The position numbers and the translations under genes were made by a program. This document shows positions 16,794 to 25,676 of a stretch of 64,000 bases of DNA, piece after piece; within the stretch, counting starts at the first letter, position 1, and every line of letters begins with the position of its first letter. The notes beneath the pieces are model-generated. The model was not told the origin of the DNA. It worked only from the letters and a program-made list of their open reading frames with translations, and searched no databases. The stretch comes from a virus. The stretch lies in IMG/VR virus record IMGVR_UViG_3300021425_002093, positions 1 to 64,000 of that record; one strand, 5' to 3'.

Positions 16794-17465
16794 TTATCCT
16801 CCTAGTGGAAAAATTTCAGAAATCACTTTAGCACATTCTATTGCTATATCCATATGCTCTTTCTGAGTACCATTTTCTTTTCGTAGGTCTACATAATGTA
16901 TCCAACTACGTAACGTTCCGTTCATGTACATACGAGACTTTGTATTACCTTCCGGTAGTACGGCACGAGCCTGCTCTTTGGCAATACCATTTTTGATAGC
17001 CCAATCATATGCTCTTCTTGCGGCTTCTATGACACGTTCTTGTTGCCATACCCATTCTTCTTGCAATTCTGTGTCGTCAGTTACAATTGAATTTTGTCGA
17101 TTCTTTTTGTCTTGCAAACGTGCTTCTCGAATCTCAAACATCTCACCCATCTCAGCGGGATTAGCATATCGCTGACTAAACTCTTGAAACGAAAATGAGC
17201 GATGACGCAAAATCTGTCGTGCAATGTCACGAGTCGTTTCAATCTCCATGCAGATACTGACCATTTCAAATGGTGACCAATGAGCATGTTTCTTGAGATA
17301 GTTTAGCAGTTTCTCGTTTGTTTCAACGTTCATCTGATTCGAAGGATTACTAACTCTTGCACAGTAAGCGACCAAGTCTTGTATGCCATGCGGCATCTTT
17401 TCATAGTCATCATCGAAAGGATTGCCTTCATGGCCGACACTGTAACTGACGAGTTTAACTTTCAC
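16794..17465 (-). CDS. thyX: flavin-dependent thymidylate synthase
   Basis: HWSPFE, RQILRHRSFSFQEFSQRY, EQARAVLP, TQKEH. Confidence 0.97.
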   Translation of the reverse strand: MKVKLVSYSVGHEGNPFDDDYEKMPHGIQDLVAYCARVSNPSNQMNVETNEKLLNYLKKHAHWSPFEMVSICMEIETTRDIARQILRHRSFSFQEFSQRYANPAEMGEMFEIREARLQDKKNRQNSIVTDDTELQEEWVWQQERVIEAARRAYDWAIKNGIAKEQARAVLPEGNTKSRMYMNGTLRSWIHYVDLRKENGTQKEHMDIAIECAKVISEIFPLGG

Positions 17466-17656
17466 TACTCATATACTCCTTCTTTCCACTCACCTGGTAT
17501 CGAGTAATACGCAATGACTCGATTGAGCGCTTCAATTAGTTTTTTTTCTTCACTACTAGGTTCTTGACTACTCACGCATTCGAGATCGTCAATCAATATT
17601 TTTTTAACTAAATCACATGCTTGATCATGTGAAATATCCATCGAAACTTCGTACAT
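17465..17656 (-). CDS. hypothetical protein
   Basis: Coupled ORF. Confidence 0.6.
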   Translation of the reverse strand: MYEVSMDISHDQACDLVKKILIDDLECVSSQEPSSEEKKLIEALNRVIAYYSIPGEWKEGVYE

Positions 17657-17658
17657 TA

Positions 17659-17925
17659 CTACACCTCACGTAAAAGGGTTGATGCAAGTAGCATGAGTGA
17701 AACTGCATTAAGAATGATCAAAGATCGATCTTGCCACATCACTGACACCCATAGCCATAAAGTGATCCCAACCGTTCCGATTGAAAGATCAAAAAATCTA
17801 TATTCTGGACCTGCGGATCGTGCGATCAAAGAAGCGAGAATAGCCACTGTGGCTGCCCACTTAACATACCAATCGAAGTTTTCTGGATACCAATTTTCGT
17901 CAAGTTTTGTTTTTGGTTTTGCCAT
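17659..17925 (-). CDS. small membrane protein
   Basis: DWYVKWAAT...WQDRSLIILN. Confidence 0.75.
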   Translation of the reverse strand: MAKPKTKLDENWYPENFDWYVKWAATVAILASLIARSAGPEYRFFDLSIGTVGITLWLWVSVMWQDRSLIILNAVSLMLLASTLLREV

Positions 17926-17934
17926 AATATATCA

Positions 17935-18070
17935 TTCCAAATTAGGGGGGATGGACTGTGATGACTCAGCACGTCAGCGTGGTGGTTGTGACGCAGTGTG
18001 TACTAGACCTGCACAGTTCAGGTGGGCTTGGTGTATACCTCTTTTCCCTTTCCCATCCTCATTCTTTGGA
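17935..18070 (+). ncRNA. candidate structured ncRNA, antisense to flanking genes
   Basis: GC-rich gap between minus-strand genes; closing helix GGGGATGG/CCATCCTC and internal helices whose G-U pairs favour the plus strand. Confidence 0.5.
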
Positions 18071-18071
18071 G

Positions 18072-18422
18072 CTAGTTATCGACTTTAGCTCCGCCTCTCC
18101 ATTGATAACATGACCAGTAACGGGCTTTCCATTTTGGACCCGGGTCATCACAATTATGTCTGGCTCGAAAGTTTTTTCGTCGATCTGGATCATCACGCTT
18201 GATTTCCATATTCGGATCTCCAAACGTGACCTTCACAACGTTACCCTTTTCGTTTTTAACATACACGCCAAACTTCTTTTTAGAGCCAGAGGGTAGTCTG
18301 AACGGATCATTTAGATCGACCTTTCTACCTTGATACTCTGATGCTTCTACTACTAAATCTTCGTATAAAGATTCGCATTGACAATCTATAGAGTCTTCTC
18401 TGTACTCTTTAAAAGATTTCAT
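18072..18422 (-). CDS. conserved marine T4-like protein with a putative capsid-targeting leader
   Basis: MKSFKEYRE leader; RRKNFRARHNCD...ARYWSC. Confidence 0.8.
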   Translation of the reverse strand: MKSFKEYREDSIDCQCESLYEDLVVEASEYQGRKVDLNDPFRLPSGSKKKFGVYVKNEKGNVVKVTFGDPNMEIKRDDPDRRKNFRARHNCDDPGPKWKARYWSCYQWRGGAKVDN

Positions 18423-18424
18423 TT

Positions 18425-18787
18425 TTAGCAAGTTCCTTCCAGTGCGCAACGATACGCTTCAGCCTTTTCTTCTTGCAGTTCACGCATTCGTCGCTCTTCA
18501 GTTCCACGTCGATACGCTTCTTCAATCTGCGCACGTCGAAACTCTTCGAACGAAGGATAGTCATAGTATCCAGTAGTGGGAGGATACGAAGACGCACCTT
18601 GAGTCTGCATTTGAGTGTGTTGTTGACGATGCTTTGAGCCACGGATAATTTCTTGAACCGTGAGTAACCCAGCGATACCAATCAACGCTCCCTTTTCTCT
18701 ATCGCCAAGAGCAGAGGCCTGAGGCGCACTAAAAAAGATACCCAAAGCCACTAGTCCTGCTACCACTTTTGTTGCTCTATTTTTCAT
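18425..18787 (-). CDS. secreted hypothetical protein
   Basis: Signal peptide ending ASA; late promoter at 18810-18817. Confidence 0.7.
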   Translation of the reverse strand: MKNRATKVVAGLVALGIFFSAPQASALGDREKGALIGIAGLLTVQEIIRGSKHRQQHTQMQTQGASSYPPTTGYYDYPSFEEFRRAQIEEAYRRGTEERRMRELQEEKAEAYRCALEGTC

Positions 18788-18818
18788 ACCAATTCTCCTT
18801 TACAAAAACTATTTATAG

Positions 18819-19232
18819 TCACGGATTCTCGTAAGCACGAACTAGCTTGTTTTGGAGAGAGAACGCCTCTTTCTCCCAAGGCTGATTCAAATACTCAGTT
18901 TCATCAGAGTACCGCTTATGCATCCAAGTGAAGCCATCTAACTTCAATTGCTTTCTCGCAAACTGTCGAACATGAACGAGTTCGTGAGCAAGAATGCGTA
19001 ACCAGTTCGAGTAGAGACAAACATCAATAACAAATTTTCTATTTGTCTCAGCGTCACAGTAGCCCTCGGCTTCTGAATCAACCAGGCTACTATGATGCAT
19101 TCGAATTGTCAGATCCAACTTGAGACGATCAATCCCAAGCTGTTTCAAAAAATTTTGAGTAGCATCGATGACCATAGCGGTCAGGTCATTCGACACTTTT
19201 CCGCCTCTGGGTCCTGTCACTCTAATTATCAC
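18819..19232 (-). CDS. small HExxH metallopeptidase-like protein
   Basis: LAHELVHVRQF...YLNQPWEKEA. Confidence 0.8.
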   Translation of the reverse strand: MIIRVTGPRGGKVSNDLTAMVIDATQNFLKQLGIDRLKLDLTIRMHHSSLVDSEAEGYCDAETNRKFVIDVCLYSNWLRILAHELVHVRQFARKQLKLDGFTWMHKRYSDETEYLNQPWEKEAFSLQNKLVRAYENP

Positions 19233-19387
19233 TATCGCACCTCAATGACATAAAGACGATCTGGAAATTCAGCTTCCAGCTTTTCAATTTCTTCCATAGC
19301 GTGACTCCAGCTACCACAACAGATAGTCGTTCCCTTTTTCTCGTCTGTCGTTTTTTCTCTCACAACGATTGTAATTTTTTCGCTCAT
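19232..19387 (-). CDS. small hypothetical protein
   Basis: Start MSEKIT overlapping the upstream TGA. Confidence 0.5.
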   Translation of the reverse strand: MSEKITIVVREKTTDEKKGTTICCGSWSHAMEEIEKLEAEFPDRLYVIEVR

Positions 19388-19557
19388 CGATTGACCTCTA
19401 GTTCTTTTATATAGAATGTCATGTACCAACCGGTATCTTCCGATTCAATACTTCGGCGAAGTTTGTCGCTTTCAGCACCCATCCTAGTAGACCAAAGAGA
19501 TTCCAAATAATGAGAATTGTCTAGATCAATCATAAAAACCGCCCAGACTGTTTTCAT
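19384..19557 (-). CDS. 57-aa putative early protein
   Basis: MKTVWAVFMIDLDNSHYLESLW...; AGGAG RBS right after a consensus promoter. Confidence 0.6.
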   Translation of the reverse strand: MKTVWAVFMIDLDNSHYLESLWSTRMGAESDKLRRSIESEDTGWYMTFYIKELEVNR

Positions 19558-19581
19558 ATGTATCTCCTAATTGAGTCGGAA

Positions 19582-19610
19582 ATTATACACGATTGCGAAA
19601 TGCGTGTCAA
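19582..19610 (-). promoter_or_regulatory. consensus sigma70 (early) promoter
   Basis: TTGACA-17-TATAAT. Confidence 0.85.
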
Positions 19611-19613
19611 GGG

Positions 19614-19823
19614 CTATCGAATCTTGAGATTGTCTAGCATACCCATAACGTCCATAGATTCCATTTGAGCGTCCTGCGCATCAATGAGATCCATTTTTAA
19701 CTCGTTAAGAGTTACAAACGTTTGCATGTCAATCGCATTTGCATTCACAGAAAGCACAGAATGCATTGCGTTTTCAGCAGTCCGAATTGCTGCCAACTTT
19801 TCTTCAATTTTGACGATTGTCAT
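19614..19823 (-). CDS. hypothetical protein
   Basis: GAGGA RBS; 69 aa. Confidence 0.6.
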   Translation of the reverse strand: MTIVKIEEKLAAIRTAENAMHSVLSVNANAIDMQTFVTLNELKMDLIDAQDAQMESMDVMGMLDNLKIR

Positions 19824-19942
19824 CTTCTATTTCCTCTTTAAACATTTCGAGAGCCTTCTCATATCCGTTTAAACGACCGGAGATATATCCGTAAAAATAA
19901 ACGCATATGAAAAGCGCAAATACAAAAAACGAAGCGAGTAGT

Positions 19943-20182
19943 TCAATCAACATAAACTACCACTTCAAATAAATTTGGTGTCAGGGTCTTAGTCACCTTT
20001 CCGCCAAAGTGACAGGGATGTTGCTCACCGGATGCTATTTTATTCCAAGTTTCCTCTGACAAAGATCCTCGACGATCCACAGAAGTGATAATCCTATGAT
20101 CACACCACTCTTGCTCTACGGAAGAGAGTTCGACAATATACGTATGTCGACCAGCGGATCGACTAGATCTTACGATGTTCAT
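19943..20182 (-). CDS. hypothetical protein
   Basis: HFGGKV...VVVYVD. Confidence 0.65.
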   Translation of the reverse strand: MNIVRSSRSAGRHTYIVELSSVEQEWCDHRIITSVDRRGSLSEETWNKIASGEQHPCHFGGKVTKTLTPNLFEVVVYVD

Positions 20183-20691
20183 TACGCTGCCTCCAAGCTA
20201 GCGATATAATCACACGCATCCTTGTAGGGAAGAATTAACCCGTTAGCAAACTCAAGTGCGGATTCGTACTCCGCACGATCACCCTCGACCTGATCCCAAG
20301 TCTCATGCTTACGCTTGATTTCAGAACGGAACATCATGTCGTTCTCTTGGACACGACGAGCCCGAAACACACCAGACTTGGTGATGTCAAGATAAATGGG
20401 AGCATCCCAAGACTCGACATAGTTGGACTCGTTAAAGTCCACGTCATCAACAAGATCCATGCTGATAATGTACTCTTCGAAGTACTCGGACTTAGAAGCG
20501 ATTGCTGCAGACAGATCTTCCCAGATCTGCCCACCGAGCGCTTGCTCGACAGAGACACCTTGAAGAATGTAGGTGTTGCCACCCTTGAACTTCCAGTACT
20601 GCGGGCATTCGCCTTTACCGTCCCAATCATGAGCACCATAATTTTCACAGTGCTGAGTTTGAACAACAATACGCATGGAAGACATAAACAA
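20182..20691 (-). CDS. conserved T4-like hypothetical protein
   Basis: TQHCENYGAHDWDGKGECPQYWKFKGG. Confidence 0.8.
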   Translation of the reverse strand: MFMSSMRIVVQTQHCENYGAHDWDGKGECPQYWKFKGGNTYILQGVSVEQALGGQIWEDLSAAIASKSEYFEEYIISMDLVDDVDFNESNYVESWDAPIYLDITKSGVFRARRVQENDMMFRSEIKRKHETWDQVEGDRAEYESALEFANGLILPYKDACDYIASLEAA

Positions 20692-20927
20692 TAACCTCTA
20701 TAGGAAACAAATTACAGACGAATTATGACAGGTCTAATGGGAAAATACAAGGCCCTTGCTTAGAATATTTTGGAATAACTAGCCAAATAATAGAGCAAAA
20801 AGGAATAAGAAGAACATCCCAATAATTCCGTATCCGATCAAGATCATCAGAGGCTTGAATAGTACTTTGACCATCCAAACACAGAACCCCACAAAAACGA
20901 GAGTGAACAGTGCTGAAAATATCACCA

Positions 20928-21122
20928 TCAGTAGGGATTCGAGTAAAGCGCTTCGGACTCGATTACATCAAGTACTTGTCGGATATAGTCTTCCGACACG
21001 GCGTAGTCGAATGATATCTGTTCGATAATTTCTTGAGTTGGATATCCGTTATCGTACAATTCCTGTATAGCAAAATACAACTTTCCAGATGCGCTCATAC
21101 AAGCTCCAGTGTTCGCTTCCAA
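20928..21122 (-). CDS. hypothetical protein
   Basis: Coupled ORF; real start probably MSASGK. Confidence 0.55.
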   Translation of the reverse strand: MEANTGACMSASGKLYFAIQELYDNGYPTQEIIEQISFDYAVSEDYIRQVLDVIESEALYSNPY

Positions 21123-21301
21123 AGAATTTCATGGGTTGGTGGGACTTCTCCATAGATGACTGGCCCAGGACCGCCGTGAGACTCTATAGAGTACGCTAGA
21201 AAGGCCGGATTGGATCCTACGGACACTCTTTTCCCTTCTTCGAAAAGATGGATGTAAGGAGTCCCAGTTTCGCCCTCAAGACACTCAATCTCTGTAATCA
21301 T
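21095..21301 (-). CDS. hypothetical protein
   Basis: 68-aa ORF in a minus-strand run. Confidence 0.55.
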   Translation of the reverse strand: MITEIECLEGETGTPYIHLFEEGKRVSVGSNPAFLAYSIESHGGPGPVIYGEVPPTHEILWKRTLELV

Positions 21302-21524
21302 ATCAAACTCTCATTATAAACTTTAGGAATATGTGCTATAACCTCTAGTTAATTATCGCACCAATCAATCGCTTTTTGATAACCCTTTTCGGCCCAGGTT
21401 CCGAGAATCCTGTAAAGACTAGCAACTCCGTTAGCTAGAAAAGATACGAGATCGGCCGCAATAGCGATCACTAAAAGCGGCCCGTATTTGACGAAAAGTT
21501 TTAAGTACTTCATTTCTTGCCCCC

Positions 21525-21878
21525 CTAGAGGTACTCAGGACCAGTCCATCGTACCCAGCTAAAATCTCCGTCAAGGACATTTCCACGAGCCGCATTTCGA
21601 GCCGGAGCGGCCCAGCCAGCGGCTTTCAGAATGTCACCCTTGCGGAACTTCTTATCGTTCTCGCCCTTGACAACGAAGCCCCAGACGACTTGCTGAGCGC
21701 CTAGCGCTTTGATCACTTTGATGTATTTACGACCTTCTTCGAAGTGAAGCCCTTCGATGAACTCTTGAAGACGCCGGGCTTGATGCTCACCACGACCTTC
21801 CCAGTTTCTACCGTTGTTTTGAAATCTTTCAAAATCGTCAATGATTTTGTCTTTAAGGTTCTGTAGCGCTTCATTCAT
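21525..21878 (-). CDS. conserved T4-like hypothetical protein
   Basis: EGRKYIKV...VWGFV...KGDILKAAGWAAPARNAARGN; TTGACT-17-CATAAT promoter upstream. Confidence 0.85.
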   Translation of the reverse strand: MNEALQNLKDKIIDDFERFQNNGRNWEGRGEHQARRLQEFIEGLHFEEGRKYIKVIKALGAQQVVWGFVVKGENDKKFRKGDILKAAGWAAPARNAARGNVLDGDFSWVRWTGPEYL

Positions 21879-21984
21879 AATTTAGTCTCTTCTCTAGTCA
21901 AACAATAGCAATTATGGATGGCTGAAAGGCAAAAGTCAAGGCTTTTTTTGGAAATATGTCGATTTTTTTGGTAATTTTGACATA

Positions 21985-22527
21985 TTAGCTCCCATATGGG
22001 TTGCTGAGATAGTCCATTCCGTTCCAGATATCTTCAATTTCACGATCAATCTTATCCAATTTTTTCTGGATTGCATCGGCGTCAGTCATCATATTTTCGG
22101 CTTTCTGGACGAGAGTTGCGGTCTCAGTAATCTGTTTTTCAACCTCGACAATACGCTCTTGGATTTCAAGAAGCTGTCTTTGCTGTTCCATGATTGTAGC
22201 TAGATTTGTCCCAAGTGTGGCCAGCTTACCTTGTAACTCATCAATGTTTGCGTCTTCAATCTTTGTTTGCGCAACACTCAGATCGCTAGTCAAAGATTTT
22301 TTGTCTTCAGTCCACACTTCACGAAAGTCATCGAATCTCTGAGAGACAGTATTAGATTGAGTCAATGATTGATCAACAGTTTCTTCGAGTGATTCAAGAC
22401 GTGAAAAAAACTCAGATGCGGCCCAGATGCCACCACCTATGGTAGATGCAAAAGAGAAGACGATGGCGATCCAAACACCTCTAATCTTCGTACCGCCAAC
22501 GTCTAATTCCATTTCTTCAATTGACAT
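21985..22527 (-). CDS. membrane-anchored coiled-coil protein
   Basis: GGAGG RBS before MSIEEME; TM segment, then heptads; ends YLSNP. Confidence 0.75.
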   Translation of the reverse strand: MSIEEMELDVGGTKIRGVWIAIVFSFASTIGGGIWAASEFFSRLESLEETVDQSLTQSNTVSQRFDDFREVWTEDKKSLTSDLSVAQTKIEDANIDELQGKLATLGTNLATIMEQQRQLLEIQERIVEVEKQITETATLVQKAENMMTDADAIQKKLDKIDREIEDIWNGMDYLSNPYGS

Positions 22528-22553
22528 AATTCCTCCCGCTTTGGGAGTATTTA

Positions 22554-22841
22554 TCAAAAAATGGAAGTTACCGCAAGTTGTTTAACCCTACAACGGTTCT
22601 CTTTGTTGCCTTGTTTTATTTTGATAGTGTTTCCGATTTGAATACGCCTTTTGGAAACTTGAACATTTGCTTGTTCGTCAGTCTTGAGCTTAGAATTACA
22701 ATCAACATCAATCGCCCAGTTGTATTGATCATCTTGTATCTTAATGATCTGTTGATCTTCTTTGACTTTTATTTGAAAGTCATCTGCCGTTGCGGCATGA
22801 GTGAATAAAATCGTCATCACGACGATGGCTAGTTTAGTCAT
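22554..22841 (-). CDS. secreted hypothetical protein
   Basis: Signal peptide MTKLAIVVMTILFTHAATA; AAGGAG RBS; late promoter at 22876-22883. Confidence 0.7.
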   Translation of the reverse strand: MTKLAIVVMTILFTHAATADDFQIKVKEDQQIIKIQDDQYNWAIDVDCNSKLKTDEQANVQVSKRRIQIGNTIKIKQGNKENRCRVKQLAVTSIF

Positions 22842-22888
22842 GTGTATTTTCTCCTTACGTTTCACAACGTAAGAATATTTATATAAAT

Positions 22889-22932
22889 CTTAACCTAGTC
22901 TTAACATAAAATTCATAAAATCTTAACATAAA
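22889..22932. repeat. 11-bp-period direct repeats, candidate response-regulator boxes
   Basis: CTTAAC(C/A)T at 22889, 22900 and 22922, with a degenerate unit at 22911. Confidence 0.6.
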
Positions 22933-22937
22933 ACTAG

Positions 22938-23666
22938 TTAAGACCAATACTTCTCCTCATCCATTTTTGACCAATACTCATCATTGTTTCGATTGAAAAA
23001 ATTGCGAATAAGATATGTGGCCATTCCGAAGTATCCCATCTTCTTAAATCTACGACTATCTTGTCCACAGTAATGATTCAATAGCATAAACTTTTTTGGA
23101 TCTATTTGTCTAGATAGGAAGAAGTCTTCGCTCGTAGGATATTTGCATGGGAATCCACCCAACTCACGAAACTTATCTGTACGCATCATCATGAATGCAC
23201 CAACAGCGAATGGCTGCCATTTAGACAGAACACGGTTCACTAGATTGAAGATAGTGAATGCATATTGCGCTCGAATGTCATCATCATAGCACTTCATGCG
23301 CAGACCAATAAGATCGAGATCGTGATCTATAATTTTTTTAAGTGAATCGCACACTACATGATCAGACCAAAATCTTACATCAGCATCTATAAAGCAAACA
23401 TATGGAGTGGTAACTTTTTCCGCACCGTTGTTCTTTGCAATAGATACAGGCCCACCATCTACAACATCAATGTCCAGCTTAGTCCTCTTCTTACTTGAAG
23501 CAATGACTTTTCGTGTATTATCCGTAGATGCGTCCGCTATAATAATCTTGACGTGTTTCATCCCAAACTGCCAACTCAGTGCGTCTATGAGATGGTGTAT
23601 ATAATCTTCCTCGTTTTTGCATGGGATTACGATTGTCAGGTTTTTCATTAAGCTGGTATCTGTCAT
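22938..23666 (-). CDS. glycosyltransferase family 2
   Basis: IVIPCKNEE, DASTDNT, NNGA, FIDAD, GGF...SEDF. Confidence 0.92.
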   Translation of the reverse strand: MTDTSLMKNLTIVIPCKNEEDYIHHLIDALSWQFGMKHVKIIIADASTDNTRKVIASSKKRTKLDIDVVDGGPVSIAKNNGAEKVTTPYVCFIDADVRFWSDHVVCDSLKKIIDHDLDLIGLRMKCYDDDIRAQYAFTIFNLVNRVLSKWQPFAVGAFMMMRTDKFRELGGFPCKYPTSEDFFLSRQIDPKKFMLLNHYCGQDSRRFKKMGYFGMATYLIRNFFNRNNDEYWSKMDEEKYWS

Positions 23667-23789
23667 TGAGTGCTACCCTGTAACATTTAAGTTGTTTGGT
23701 TTGATATTGTCTACACTGCTCTTTTGTGTCAAACACGCTGACTACTTGGATATTAGGAAACTGTAACATCACTAAACACCAAATTATTT

Positions 23790-24533
23790 TCATTGTATGA
23801 TCTTCCATTCGCCATCTAGGGTTTCCACAAGGGCTGAGCAGTTTTCCACCCAGTCCCCATCATTCATGTAGAGTACGCCATAAACAGTGCTAATCCGAGG
23901 GGTATGAATATGCCCGCAAATAATGCCGTCATAGCGCTTACTTTTACAATAGTTGGCCATCTCTTCTTCAAAGGTTCCAACAAAGTTTGCTGCAGCTTTT
24001 GCTTTTGCCTTGAGATACTTAGCGACAGAAAATAAAGGGAGTCCACGCCATTTCCTCCATTGATTATATTTGATGTTAATCCAAGCAACCACGTCATACG
24101 CCCAATCACCTAAAGCCATGACTCTCCGACCAAATTTTGTCTTCATAAGATAGTCAAAAAGATCTCCATGCACGATCAGAATTCTTTCACCCTTGAGCGA
24201 TTCGTAGACAGCCTTCTGCTGGATTTTGATATTACCGAATTGTGTTCCTTTGCCGATGACAGTTCTTAAAAACTCATCATGGTTACCTGGTATGTAAACA
24301 ACATTTACGCCTTTGTTTGACATCCTCATGATTTGACGAAGAACATCCGTATGCTCTTTTGGCCAGTACCACTTTTTTTGTAGACGCCAGCCATCAATGA
24401 TATCTCCGACGAGATATAGATTTTCGCAACGAATGTTTTTTAGGAAATAGAGGAGGTCATCAACCCTGCAGTGTTTACTGCCCAAATGAAGATCTGAAAT
24501 AAAAACCGATCTATACATATACATCACTCTCAC
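23790..24533 (-). CDS. PlcP/LpxH2-type metallophosphoesterase (putative phospholipase C)
   Basis: FISDLHLG, LVGDIIDGWRLQKKWYWP, IPGNHDEFLR, HGDLFD, ICGHIH, NDGDWVENCSAL. Confidence 0.85.
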   Translation of the reverse strand: MRVMYMYRSVFISDLHLGSKHCRVDDLLYFLKNIRCENLYLVGDIIDGWRLQKKWYWPKEHTDVLRQIMRMSNKGVNVVYIPGNHDEFLRTVIGKGTQFGNIKIQQKAVYESLKGERILIVHGDLFDYLMKTKFGRRVMALGDWAYDVVAWINIKYNQWRKWRGLPLFSVAKYLKAKAKAAANFVGTFEEEMANYCKSKRYDGIICGHIHTPRISTVYGVLYMNDGDWVENCSALVETLDGEWKIIQ

Positions 24534-24559
24534 TAGATATACACATCTATATATGAATT

Positions 24560-24763
24560 TTAAACTTCGACTATAAATGCTATTTGATCTTTGTGCACCA
24601 TAACAAATTTTCCATCTCGATCTAAGGGTAGGAATTTTCGTTCGTCATTCAATATATCAGATATGCGAAATCCCGCTGGTAAATGCACAGAGCAATTTAG
24701 CCAGCGAGATCCATCTGTCAATGTCATGTTCACTTCTTGCTTTGATGTTCCATCGTCTTTCAT
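24560..24763 (-). CDS. small hypothetical protein, paralog of 9433-9648
   Basis: RISDILNDERKFLPL. Confidence 0.7.
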   Translation of the reverse strand: MKDDGTSKQEVNMTLTDGSRWLNCSVHLPAGFRISDILNDERKFLPLDRDGKFVMVHKDQIAFIVEV

Positions 24764-24770
24764 TTTTTTA

Positions 24771-25676
24771 TTACGGTGCAGGAGGTGCTACGTAACAAGG
24801 CATCGTCGAATCATTAGACTGCCAACCATTTGTAAATTCACAAAGTACATTTTCATCCTGCGTAGGACCAGTAGTATAGAAATCACTAACTGCGCCTACA
24901 TCAATGATCTCAGCCGTAGTCATAAGATTTGATGCAACGTCAACGAACATTATTGTACCTGCATTAACACCACTTGTAAAGACAATCGCAGCCGATTCAT
25001 TAAATTCACTAAATCGATCAAGGAACAAATCATCAGCATTCAAGAAGTCCAAATTACTTGCATCAGCACCTGCTTGCAATGCTGCCACACGATTTGGATC
25101 TTGATATACTGCTTCGACTGTACCCCAAACTTCTGCGGCAAGTTCCACAGTATCAAGGGAGCTATTGTAGTCAGTAACGTGTTGTGATGTTATAAGAACG
25201 TTGTTATTCTGCAAATATGACTGCAACTGCTGACCCTGTATCGCATCACCACTTGTTTGCACTTGTGCTGCCAATGCATTCACGTATGTTGCTTGAATGA
25301 ATGGGCTTGCGGCAAGAATAAATGCATCAACTGCCGCACTAAAATTTTCTTGTGCGAGTACTGACTGCTCAGCCAAATATTCAGTCGCTGTCTTGTTAAA
25401 GATATCAGTTGTTACGTCTCCGACAGCCACATTGTATGCATTCTTTTGTGCTTCAGACATATAAACAGGCTGTAAAAACCCATCGTCTTGAGCAATTCCG
25501 CCGACGGCCGCTACATCACCAGCGCCGCCAATTCGTCTAATTCCAACATTTAAGGTTGTTTTAATTGATTCACTAGCATTGACTAGACTATCAACGCTAT
25601 TCCACTGAACTGGTCCTGCTAGTACGGAACTGCTCACTAATGCTAAGCTCATTGCCATTAGTTTCTTCAGTTTCAT
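24771..25676 (-). CDS. secreted Ala-rich helical protein
   Basis: Signal peptide ending VLA; TAGGAG RBS. Confidence 0.75.
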   Translation of the reverse strand: MKLKKLMAMSLALVSSSVLAGPVQWNSVDSLVNASESIKTTLNVGIRRIGGAGDVAAVGGIAQDDGFLQPVYMSEAQKNAYNVAVGDVTTDIFNKTATEYLAEQSVLAQENFSAAVDAFILAASPFIQATYVNALAAQVQTSGDAIQGQQLQSYLQNNNVLITSQHVTDYNSSLDTVELAAEVWGTVEAVYQDPNRVAALQAGADASNLDFLNADDLFLDRFSEFNESAAIVFTSGVNAGTIMFVDVASNLMTTAEIIDVGAVSDFYTTGPTQDENVLCEFTNGWQSNDSTMPCYVAPPAP

